This document shows positions 19,563 to 27,092 of a stretch of 30,615 nt of DNA, in pieces. The DNA is from a virus (Duplodnaviria > Caudoviricetes), in IMG/VR virus record IMGVR_UViG_3300030376_001642, positions 1 through 30,615 of that record. The stretch is one strand, 5' to 3'. The stretch's first letter is position 1. Each line of letters starts with the position of its first letter. Position numbers and translations under genes: made by a program. The notes under the pieces are model-generated. The model searched no databases and was not told the DNA's origin. It worked only from the letters and a program-made list of their open reading frames with translations.

Positions 19563-19570
19563 GATAAATA
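19563..19570 (+). promoter_or_regulatory. T4-late-type promoter motif GATAAATA (rightward of divergent pair)
   Basis: GATAAATA-TATTAT-ATG. The motif flips strand exactly where the genes flip strand. Confidence 0.75.
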
Positions 19571-19576
19571 TATTAT

Positions 19577-19963
19577 ATGATAAGAATTAATTTCAAAGAA
19601 AGGTGGGGTTATACATGTAATCAATTAGCGGCCATGGAAGGCGTTACACCTGAAGCAATAAGAATGCGTGTGCGTAACTATGGTACACCATTTCAAAGAC
19701 GCAAAAAACTAACAAAGTGGGAAAAGAAGTATGGCAAAACACTAGGGCAAATAGCACTAGATTTAGGCCTACACCCACAAACTGTTGCTAGGCGTGATAG
19801 ACTATTTGGTGATGCTTATGCTGAATCTAAATGGAAAAGACCTACGTTGCGTGGTGCTATACTAAATGAACGTGGCGAACATTGGACTGAAAATACCAAA
19901 ATGGGTTATGTTAAAGTTCAATCAACGTATATGGATCAGTATAATGAGAACAAGAAGGCCTAG
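19577..19963 (+). CDS. Putative DNA-binding protein with two HTH-like motifs
   Basis: TCNQLAAMEGVTPEAIRMR and TLGQIALDLGLHPQTVARR; basic. Confidence 0.7.
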   Translation: MIRINFKERWGYTCNQLAAMEGVTPEAIRMRVRNYGTPFQRRKKLTKWEKKYGKTLGQIALDLGLHPQTVARRDRLFGDAYAESKWKRPTLRGAILNERGEHWTENTKMGYVKVQSTYMDQYNENKKA

Positions 19964-20111
19964 AAAGTATGAATGGATAAATGGCAATCTAGTCAAACGT
20001 CCACACACAGAAAGTTATCGTAAGTTCTTACAGGCTACATTACCACATGCTGTTAAATACAGTAAGTACAACCTAGGCAATATTGCGCCTAAGGATAATA
20101 ATGAAGATTGA
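19944..20111 (+). CDS. Small basic hypothetical protein (55 aa)
   Basis: MRTRRPRKYEWINGNLVKRP...; bridges the two flanking plus-strand ORFs. Confidence 0.55.
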   Translation: MRTRRPRKYEWINGNLVKRPHTESYRKFLQATLPHAVKYSKYNLGNIAPKDNNED

Positions 20112-20340
20112 TAACACACCAGATCCAAATGCTGAATTCAAAGTATTCTTTGTTAAAGTAGTTGACGACTATGTCAAAGAGCCCACAGACAAAAAACAAG
20201 CCAAGTTACTTCAACTTGTTACTGACAGTATAAAGTTAGATGGTGAATTGATGTTGTGGTTCAATGCCATGTTCAAATGGCGTAACACACAAACTGGTTT
20301 AGATGTAAACTATAGAAATCAAATTAAGTTTCCTTTTTGA
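20101..20340 (+). CDS. Hypothetical protein (79 aa)
   Basis: ATG at 20101 with AAGGA RBS. Confidence 0.65.
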   Translation: MKIDNTPDPNAEFKVFFVKVVDDYVKEPTDKKQAKLLQLVTDSIKLDGELMLWFNAMFKWRNTQTGLDVNYRNQIKFPF

Positions 20341-20497
20341 TTACTAATTCTTGTCCATATCCTATTAGTATACACAATACAGTTAGTACTGTAAACCAAG
20401 GGTTCAATAACCCTAACATTTGACCCCATAACAAACTGATGCCTGTCATTGTCATTGTGTTTAATCCTGTGCTAAGATTCTTCGTTGGTAATTTCAT
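20324..20497 (-). CDS. Small membrane protein with two hydrophobic segments (57 aa), not in ORF track
   Basis: MKLPTKNLSTGLNTMTMTGISLLWGQMLGLLNPWFTVLTVLCILIGYGQELVIKKET; AGGAG RBS. Confidence 0.7.
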   Translation of the reverse strand: MKLPTKNLSTGLNTMTMTGISLLWGQMLGLLNPWFTVLTVLCILIGYGQELVIKKET

Positions 20498-20729
20498 TCA
20501 TTTCTCCTAATAATTTTCCTTGTATGGCACCGTAATGGCCCATGTAATATTTTACTGCTAGTGCGATATCATGTGGATATCCCGCATATGATTGTTCTGT
20601 TGTGAATACTTTTCTTTTGTTGCGATCTGGCTCGTAACAGTTTTCTCTAGTAACCACAAAGTGAACAAACTCATAGTTTGCTACATATTTCTTTTTTGGA
20701 TCAAGTTTATTGTTGCCTAGCATATACAA
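20472..20729 (-). CDS. Hypothetical protein
   Basis: ORF overlapping both neighbours in operon fashion; AAGGT upstream. Confidence 0.6.
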   Translation of the reverse strand: MYMLGNNKLDPKKKYVANYEFVHFVVTRENCYEPDRNKRKVFTTEQSYAGYPHDIALAVKYYMGHYGAIQGKLLGEMNEITNEES

Positions 20730-21237
20730 CTACCTTATAATTACGATCACTGGGATCCCAACCTTCTTCTATGATTTTAAAACGTGGTTCTAGTTTTTCT
20801 TTCCACCATTCTTTTGGCTTTATCAATATGTGTGCGTTTCTACCGTCTTTGAGTATTTTAGTAGCAGGTCTACAACTTATAGTAAAGTAACCTTTCTTAC
20901 CTGTAACTCGCTGTAAATCGTCTAGTACATTGTCTATGAGTTCTGGCTCTACATGTTCTAGCACATCTATACACACTACATAATCATGAACACCAGGTGC
21001 TACAGTATTTGGTCTGCTTGGTTCATATTCTGTGATAGAATATTTGTTACCATACAACTTGCTAACTGTTTTGCCTAATCCTCCTGATCCTGCTCCATAA
21101 TCTAACCAATCTGTAAATTGTTCACAGTGGCTTACTATAACTGGCACATACATTTCTGCTGTATGTCCCCATTCGCCTGGTGTGTTAGCATGTTCCCATT
21201 CTAACAGTTTGGCGTATTCTTCACTTATCATTTTCAT
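20707..21237 (-). CDS. Class I SAM-dependent methyltransferase
   Basis: WLDYGAGSG motif I and DYVVCIDVLEHV. Confidence 0.85.
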   Translation of the reverse strand: MKMISEEYAKLLEWEHANTPGEWGHTAEMYVPVIVSHCEQFTDWLDYGAGSGGLGKTVSKLYGNKYSITEYEPSRPNTVAPGVHDYVVCIDVLEHVEPELIDNVLDDLQRVTGKKGYFTISCRPATKILKDGRNAHILIKPKEWWKEKLEPRFKIIEEGWDPSDRNYKVVVYARQQ

Positions 21238-21868
21238 GAAAGTACTCCCTTTGATGTTCTATGGTGCTGTAAGCACAAAGATGGTTCATAACAACATTGC
21301 CTTCACCACGTCCTCTGCGTTTTATTTCACACCATATTTTATTCAGCAGTTCGTCTTCTTTAACGACACTATTTAGGCGTGTCATCATATTGTATATCAT
21401 GTCGCCATTAGGTATGTCTGCTGTGATCATACCTCCCCAGGTTTTTGCTTTTCGCTCTTTGGTTAATTTGCTAGGGTCTAAATTACCATTTTCTACATTC
21501 GCTATTATGGTTAGATGTAAGTTGGTGCCATTAACACATTGTACTATGTTCATGGCTACAGCACGTCTGTGAGAATCACCTATGTCCACGTAGGTGTCAC
21601 AAATGCTTAATAACCATCTTACATCTAAATTTTCTAACAATACATCAGTATACTCTTCAACTAATCTGTTGAATTCATAATGATGTCTGTGAAGATTTGG
21701 ATTTCTGCGTAAGTGTACTATATGCGATGCTACTTTATAACAAACTTGTGGTTTGCCAATAAATTCTCTACGCAATTCTTTTATGTTTACACTTATATCT
21801 TTGTGCCTGTTTAGATTGTGAGCAATTTCACTTTCATGTCCTGGCACTAGTTCTAGCATTGGATCCAT
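21221..21868 (-). CDS. Hypothetical helical protein (215 aa)
   Basis: TAATG-coupled to terL; AAGGAG RBS; LRREFIG...RWLLSICDT motif. Confidence 0.75.
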   Translation of the reverse strand: MDPMLELVPGHESEIAHNLNRHKDISVNIKELRREFIGKPQVCYKVASHIVHLRRNPNLHRHHYEFNRLVEEYTDVLLENLDVRWLLSICDTYVDIGDSHRRAVAMNIVQCVNGTNLHLTIIANVENGNLDPSKLTKERKAKTWGGMITADIPNGDMIYNMMTRLNSVVKEDELLNKIWCEIKRRGRGEGNVVMNHLCAYSTIEHQREYFHENDK

Positions 21869-23073
21869 TATAATCTCCTTGTTAAAGGTTTAAGTTTCTT
21901 AGTACTTGTATTCTTTATAGCAAAGTGTTGATACACAAAATATCCTAGAGAATCATTAAGGTGGTCCAATCCTTGATCCTTTGTTGGTTGACGTGTACCT
22001 TCGCGGTATGTGTGTTTTATAAGACAGTTCTTAAGACTTCTACACTTTGGGTCTATGAATAGTTTATTGTGTTCAAAAGCCGCATTCACACTGGCTATAC
22101 GATCTATAACAGGTGGGTTACCTGGTTGTACCATTAGTTTAAATCCTGCGTTTTGTAGTATTTGGTGATCACTTATACCTGAATTGGTTGTGCGTTTTAT
22201 ACCACTACTATCTGGATATGCTACAATTCTGTTTTGTGGATATCTGGCTTTTATCTCCTGTACAAGTTCATTGGTGTTTGAACCATATATTTCTATTTCA
22301 TCAATTACCCAACCTATACCATTCTTTACTATGGCTATTGTAGCACTCATTGGATCAATATTGAAGTCACAGCCTACATGTAGTACATCATCTTTGGTTA
22401 TAGGTCCTGGATATGCTTTGATGTTCTGTTCTGCGAAAGCATAGTATATAACACCAGCATAACTGACAAATTGTGCTTCATATTCTTGTTCAAATGTTCT
22501 ACTGTCTAGATCTTGTTGTGCTTGTTCTACTTCTTCTTGTGGCACAAAGCCACCGTCTAGTGTAGTAAACTGATAACTGCTGTAGTTAGCCTTTTCACCT
22601 TCACACCACAGTTCATAAAACCAGTTTCTGCCTTTTGGTGAACTAATGAATAGTGCGTGTCCGCCAGTATCTGATAAGGTGGGGCGTAGCACTGAAAACC
22701 AAACATCTGGCTTCATATCAGCACACTCATCTAACACTATGAAGTTGTATTTGGCACCTCTTAGTGCGTCATAGTTCTCACTGCTACGCAGAGTTATTGT
22801 GCTACTGTTTACTAAGGTGATTTGTAGTTCTGATTCGTTGATCTTCTTTGCCCAGTTCTTTTCAATCATCATGCCTTTGAGATCATTCCACCAAATGTTC
22901 TTACATTGTTTATATGTTGGGGCAACGGCAAGTATGCGTTGTTCTGGGAATCTGGCAAACTTTGCCATTTCGTTCATTGCTAAGTATGATTTGCCAAAAC
23001 GTCTACCCGCGGCAAGTATGCGAAATCTGTTTGTATCATCAGATACTTTCTTTTGAACTTTGCTTAACTTCAT
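21868..23073 (-). CDS. terL: Terminase large subunit
   Basis: Q motif (LSKVQ), Walker A AAGRRFGKS, Walker B IVLDE, SSPKG coupling motif, nuclease GCDFN and DHLNDSLGY. Start at 23073 preferred; upstream alternatives exist. Confidence 0.95.
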   Translation of the reverse strand: MKLSKVQKKVSDDTNRFRILAAGRRFGKSYLAMNEMAKFARFPEQRILAVAPTYKQCKNIWWNDLKGMMIEKNWAKKINESELQITLVNSSTITLRSSENYDALRGAKYNFIVLDECADMKPDVWFSVLRPTLSDTGGHALFISSPKGRNWFYELWCEGEKANYSSYQFTTLDGGFVPQEEVEQAQQDLDSRTFEQEYEAQFVSYAGVIYYAFAEQNIKAYPGPITKDDVLHVGCDFNIDPMSATIAIVKNGIGWVIDEIEIYGSNTNELVQEIKARYPQNRIVAYPDSSGIKRTTNSGISDHQILQNAGFKLMVQPGNPPVIDRIASVNAAFEHNKLFIDPKCRSLKNCLIKHTYREGTRQPTKDQGLDHLNDSLGYFVYQHFAIKNTSTKKLKPLTRRL

Positions 23074-23178
23074 ATCTTTAAAGTGTTGAAACGGTACTAG
23101 GACATTATTGTCCATGAACACACAACAAACAGTTTCCTCCTATATGAGTAAAAGTTTATAAGTACCGTTCAACATACT

Positions 23179-23186
23179 TATTTATC
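23179..23186 (-). promoter_or_regulatory. T4-late-type promoter motif GATAAATA upstream of terL
   Basis: Within the 16-mer AGATAAATAAGTATGT, which is identical at 26360..26375. Confidence 0.7.
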
Positions 23187-23187
23187 T

Positions 23188-23655
23188 CTACTCATCTTCT
23201 TGGTCATCTATCCATGGCAGAGTTTGATTGCTTTCTGAACTAACTGGATTATCTGTCCAATTGAGTAAGTTCTTTGATGTCCATACAAGTATAGTTGGAT
23301 TTTGTTTTACTATAGCACTTTCTAGCATGGCTTCCATTAGACGTTGTTTGGTTACTTGTCTGCTTTTTTCTACCACACTTCTAAAGTTGTCTCTGAATGT
23401 GGTTTCTTTACAGCCAAAGAAGTCTGCCATGTCTTTGTATGTTAAGTGTAGACTTGCTAACTTTTTAACTTCTTCTATGCTGATAATGGCACGGTTATCA
23501 CCTTGCCCTATAATGATACCTTTTACTGTCTTTTCGCCATATTTTCTGCGTGGGGTTACACCATATTCTGGTGATGCTCCATCAGGTATCTCTATGTAAT
23601 GTTCTTTTTGTTCGTTTTCCACGGATTGTGGAGAATTGGTGTCTTCTTTTGACAT
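23188..23655 (-). CDS. terS: Terminase small subunit
   Basis: HTH LTYKDMADFFGCKETTF and NPTILVWTSKNLLNWTD motif; directly upstream of terL. Confidence 0.8.
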   Translation of the reverse strand: MSKEDTNSPQSVENEQKEHYIEIPDGASPEYGVTPRRKYGEKTVKGIIIGQGDNRAIISIEEVKKLASLHLTYKDMADFFGCKETTFRDNFRSVVEKSRQVTKQRLMEAMLESAIVKQNPTILVWTSKNLLNWTDNPVSSESNQTLPWIDDQEDE

Positions 23656-23693
23656 GTTTTACCTCAGAGTTAATCGTTCTGTAACGTAGAAAG

Positions 23694-23701
23694 TATTTAT
23701 C
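23694..23701 (-). promoter_or_regulatory. T4-late-type promoter motif GATAAATA upstream of terS
   Basis: Immediately after a terminator, 38 nt before the terS ATG. Confidence 0.75.
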
Positions 23702-23705
23702 ACAT

Positions 23706-23750
23706 AAAAGAAAACCCCCTAGAAAGATGAGTCAAACTAGGGGGGTTTCA
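23706..23750 (-). terminator. Rho-independent terminator
   Basis: CCCCCTAG...CTAGGGGG stem followed by TTTTCTTTT. Confidence 0.75.
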
Positions 23751-24086
23751 ATTACCGATTAGTGTATAACTCCTTATACACATATATTTTTAGGAAAAAT
23801 TAAAATGTCAGTTGCGATATTTAATCAAAAAGAAAAAATATGTTTTCTGATGGTACTAGCGAATGCTGTACCTTTTAATTTATGTTGTCCGTAATTTAAA
23901 TTTATTAGGAGATTTAAGCACTAATATTAGTGTCTTAGATCAATATGTTATTATCAACTACTATGCTTTATCGATATAAGTGTTTGGCAACATTCATTAT
24001 GATAAATTGAGAACTATCTATGAGCAAATGCTCTTATCTAGTGAACGTGTCTCGAATGATCCACGTGTTATAACATTACGTCCAAC
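23706..24086 (-). ncRNA. Candidate ~380-nt non-coding RNA
   Basis: No long ORF; bounded by GATAAATA (24092..24099) and a terminator; many short hairpins. Confidence 0.4.
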
Positions 24087-24090
24087 AGTA

Positions 24091-24555
24091 TTATTTATCT
24101 TCTTTGAACAGGTCTGGATCATCTTGTGGCAGTTCTTCGCCTAAGAATGTGCCCAGCATCTGTTCAAACTCTTCTGGTTTGAATCTGTCTGTGATTTTGA
24201 ACTTTGATAGTTCTTTTACTACTCTGTGTTTGCCTTTTAGTGGCAATATGTCAAATGTACCAGTTATTTCCAGTATTTGATTCTTTTCTTTAACTGCTTC
24301 TACTACAGGTCTCCAACGTGGCCATGCTTTAGAACTTTTACCTGGATATGTTTCTAGTATTTCAAAGTCTGTGCTACCATTAGCATATACTGTACACATA
24401 CACAACTTTACAGTGAAGAACTTGCCTATTTGACTAGCCCAGTTACCTGTGAATGCTTTCTTTTCGTTCAGTACGTCAATGACTTGTAGTGTAGTTGTTA
24501 CAGGTTTACTGTCTATGTACCTGTTTTGACCTCTACCGTGACTTTTATTATACAT
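24091..24555 (-). CDS. Hypothetical protein (beta-rich, acidic tail; possibly OB-fold/SSB-like)
   Basis: AGGAG RBS; C-terminus EELPQDDPDLFKEDK. The fold guess is weak. Confidence 0.6.
   Translation of the reverse strand: MYNKSHGRGQNRYIDSKPVTTTLQVIDVLNEKKAFTGNWASQIGKFFTVKLCMCTVYANGSTDFEILETYPGKSSKAWPRWRPVVEAVKEKNQILEITGTFDILPLKGKHRVVKELSKFKITDRFKPEEFEQMLGTFLGEELPQDDPDLFKEDK
24092..24099 (-). promoter_or_regulatory. GATAAATA motif overlapping a stop codon and pointing into the non-coding region
   Basis: GAA GAT AAA TAA; could also be a coding coincidence. Confidence 0.5.
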
Positions 24556-24919
24556 CTATACTCCTAAATGTTTCTGCCATTGCTCTATTGTCAGTAGCAC
24601 TTTTAAACTTTATAGGTGTATGTGCTAACATTTTGTGTATGAGTTCTGTCTCTAGTGCTGTTACTTCTGAGTCTGGATGTGTTATGGTTATGTTAACATC
24701 TAAGCAATCACACTCAGGATCATGATCATAGTGTAATGCTTTTATTTTCAAGTCCCAACCACGTAATTTGGCTTCTGCTAGGTATTTGTTGTTGCTGAAC
24801 AGGTGTCGCACACGACTTTCACAATATTGCCATGTTTTACCTACAATATCAGCACTTTGATATATGAATTCAAATTCATTGTTGCTGTACCATTCTGCTA
24901 CTGTGATATATTCTTTCAT
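24548..24919 (-). CDS. Hypothetical protein
   Basis: ATG at 24919 (MKEYITV...) TAATG-coupled to the upstream gene, GAGG RBS. Confidence 0.7.
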   Translation of the reverse strand: MKEYITVAEWYSNNEFEFIYQSADIVGKTWQYCESRVRHLFSNNKYLAEAKLRGWDLKIKALHYDHDPECDCLDVNITITHPDSEVTALETELIHKMLAHTPIKFKSATDNRAMAETFRSIDV

Positions 24920-25479
24920 TAATCTATATCCTCTGACTTGTGTTTGCCTTTCCATGTGTACCACATGCTTTGTGCGTCACTGGCATACTTTATTTCTTCC
25001 AACAGTATTTTAACATGATGTGTGTTTATGTACACATCTGCTACCAAATGCCCTGCGTCTGTTTCTGTGAGACTGGCAAAACAATTGGCAAATGCTTTTT
25101 TCTTGGTTAGTGCGTTGTGTTTTCTGTTTGTGAGTTTGCCTGCCCAGTATGTGTCACATTTGGCATAATTGTCTAGTATGTGTGTAACACTACCTATGTT
25201 ACGCATACTGATATTACGCAAAAATCTCTGTTTGAGACTTTTGTCCATCATTTTGGTGTTTAGTTTTATAAATTGATCGCCTTCGCCACCATATGGCAAT
25301 ACATCTACATTCATCATTACTCTGCCATCTACTGCTGTTCTTTTCTCCAGGGTGACTTCTATGTAAAATGGTGTTTCTTGTAGTGTGTTTAACAACTCTT
25401 CATTGTAATCCACAGACTCATTTAGTTTGCTACGCAATGCTTCTCGTTGTTGTGGGGTTAGTTTTTGTTTTTCTTTCAT
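24919..25479 (-). CDS. Hypothetical protein (186 aa)
   Basis: Long ORF downstream of a GATAAATA motif. Confidence 0.75.
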   Translation of the reverse strand: MKEKQKLTPQQREALRSKLNESVDYNEELLNTLQETPFYIEVTLEKRTAVDGRVMMNVDVLPYGGEGDQFIKLNTKMMDKSLKQRFLRNISMRNIGSVTHILDNYAKCDTYWAGKLTNRKHNALTKKKAFANCFASLTETDAGHLVADVYINTHHVKILLEEIKYASDAQSMWYTWKGKHKSEDID

Positions 25480-25526
25480 ATTTGATCTCTTGAAATTTTG
25501 TTTTCTCCTAAAATAAACTGTACTAG

Positions 25527-25534
25527 TATTTATC
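25527..25534 (-). promoter_or_regulatory. T4-late-type promoter motif GATAAATA
   Basis: Intergenic, oriented toward 25479. Confidence 0.7.
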
Positions 25535-25583
25535 TTTTTATTATGCCCTGCGATAAAATTTTGGGGCTTATTCTATATCTCTT

Positions 25584-25735
25584 ACCCTTACGGGTTTCTT
25601 TAAAGCCACTTGTTGTTACGACGAAGTCGAGACTCAACGAGGGGTCTTTAGACCTTAATTTGCTAGGTAGCAAGTTATGTTATATGTTATATGTTAAATG
25701 TAAAAGTTCTAATTATAATATATAATATAATAATA
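25584..25735. other. Candidate replication origin / structured non-coding region
   Basis: Four mini-hairpins, tandem TGTTATA-like repeats and a 26-nt A/T-only run. Confidence 0.4.
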
Positions 25736-25939
25736 CTAACATAACTTGCTACCATTAACATAACGAACTGTTTCGTGTACTTCTGTGTCTCTTTCTGCTT
25801 CACGTCTTTGCCATTCTGCTCTACACATCACATAACCTTTTTCGCCTTCAGCAAACTCTCTCAATACCCACTGAATATAATCATCTGGTATTTGATATAG
25901 GTGTACATCAGCATACATTCCAAATCCCAACTTAGCCAT
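25736..25939 (-). CDS. DUF3820 / ExoX C-terminal-like small protein
   Basis: LGFGMYADVHLYQIPDDYIQW matches the (M/L)xFGKYxG..L..IPxxY..W pattern. Confidence 0.65.
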   Translation of the reverse strand: MAKLGFGMYADVHLYQIPDDYIQWVLREFAEGEKGYVMCRAEWQRREAERDTEVHETVRYVNGSKLC

Positions 25940-26337
25940 TATATTTCCTTGTGTAAACTGCTGAGTTTGTTTAGTTGATGTAGTAATGCCAAGTTATCTT
26001 CATTAAAGTCTAACAGTATTGCTTTCTTTACTAACTCTACACTTTTGAATATACAGTTAACAGTTTTATGTGGTATTGGCTCATTGAGATCTATATCTGT
26101 TAACACATGTGCTAAGAAACTGTATAGATTATGATCTTTTGTTACTATTTTTGGTATGTATACTTTTTCACCATCAGCAAACTTGTATACTTTTTTACAG
26201 CGAAATAAGTTATCTATTTCATTGCTCATAATACTGGCTTTTTGTGTGATTTTTAGTATCTCTAGTAAACTGCTGTTTAATGAGTCTTTTATAAGTGATT
26301 GATTTGCTGGTCTCAACTTCACATATTTTGTTTTCAT
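25939..26337 (-). CDS. Hypothetical protein
   Basis: AGGAGG RBS; TAATG-coupled to the downstream gene. Confidence 0.75.
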   Translation of the reverse strand: MKTKYVKLRPANQSLIKDSLNSSLLEILKITQKASIMSNEIDNLFRCKKVYKFADGEKVYIPKIVTKDHNLYSFLAHVLTDIDLNEPIPHKTVNCIFKSVELVKKAILLDFNEDNLALLHQLNKLSSLHKEI

Positions 26338-26366
26338 ATAACCTCCTAATATTGTTGTTACATACT

Positions 26367-26374
26367 TATTTATC
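26367..26374 (-). promoter_or_regulatory. T4-late-type promoter motif GATAAATA
   Basis: Intergenic, 29 nt upstream of ATG 26337. Confidence 0.7.
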
Positions 26375-26404
26375 TTATGTTTGTTTGGTATCGAGATAAA
26401 GAGG

Positions 26405-26614
26405 TCAAATACATCTCATTTCTTTATAAACAATATCATTTTTATGCGCCGCTATATAAAGTGGTAACACAGATAAGACTCTTTCATATTGTTCTAACTG
26501 TTCGTCTGTGAGTTGTTTTTTTTGCTTTATTGTGTTATATACATCTTCAAGTATAAATTGAATATTGGGATTGTATATATCTAATCCATCGCCTGGTTTG
26601 TAAGTTATGCTCAT
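26405..26614 (-). CDS. Small hypothetical protein, probable early gene (69 aa)
   Basis: ATG at 26614 (MSITYKPGDG...) with AGGA, directly downstream of the sigma70 promoter. Confidence 0.65.
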   Translation of the reverse strand: MSITYKPGDGLDIYNPNIQFILEDVYNTIKQKKQLTDEQLEQYERVLSVLPLYIAAHKNDIVYKEMRCI

Positions 26615-26643
26615 AATATTTTTCCTAAATAAATTATACAACT

Positions 26644-26672
26644 AGTATACTAGTTTTTGTGACCATTGTCAA
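26644..26672 (-). promoter_or_regulatory. Near-consensus sigma70 promoter TTGACA-N17-TATACT
   Basis: -35 at 26667..26672, -10 at 26644..26649, 17-nt spacer. Confidence 0.8.
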
Positions 26673-26682
26673 CCTTTTTGTC

Positions 26683-26712
26683 AAAAAAATACCCCAATCA
26701 TCATTGAGGTAC
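26683..26712 (-). terminator. Rho-independent terminator insulating the sigma70 promoter
   Basis: GTACCTCAAT-GATG-ATTGGGGTAT followed by a T run. Confidence 0.7.
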
Positions 26713-26781
26713 TTTCATTCTAGTTTTTACATCTAGAGTAGGTTTGTTAGGACAAGCCATTAATACTTAGTGAAAAATATG

Positions 26782-27087
26782 TTATAACATTGATTTCTTG
26801 GCAATTCGTTTTACACACTTCCATTCTTTATTGCGATTAGTTCTAGCATAAAATGTTTTTTCAAACAGATGTGTGTCCACAATCATGCCTTCATAATAAA
26901 ACACACGCCATTGTAAGTATAGGGGTTTGTGATTTACATAATGTGTGAGTACATCAGCATACTTGCGTGATGTTTTGAATTCGTCTAAATGATATCTAAC
27001 TTGATAGTTAAAATAGTTGTCTGCCTTGATCCCAAAAAGTTTGTCTTCTACTTTTTTTATTAGTTTTTTTGCTTCTGTGTCTGTCAT
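26782..27087 (-). CDS. Hypothetical basic protein (likely leaderless)
   Basis: ATG 5 nt downstream of TATAAATA. Confidence 0.7.
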   Translation of the reverse strand: MTDTEAKKLIKKVEDKLFGIKADNYFNYQVRYHLDEFKTSRKYADVLTHYVNHKPLYLQWRVFYYEGMIVDTHLFEKTFYARTNRNKEWKCVKRIAKKSML

Positions 27088-27092
27088 TTAAG

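Noticed and set aside
23805-23894. 29-aa plus-strand ORF (MSVAIFNQ...LCCP) with AGGA upstream
   Set aside because: No promoter motif on that strand and no recognisable features. Kept only as an alternative to the ncRNA idea.
25498-25725. 75-aa plus-strand ORF across the origin-like region
   Set aside because: TTG start, no RBS, runs through repeats and over a minus-strand promoter motif.
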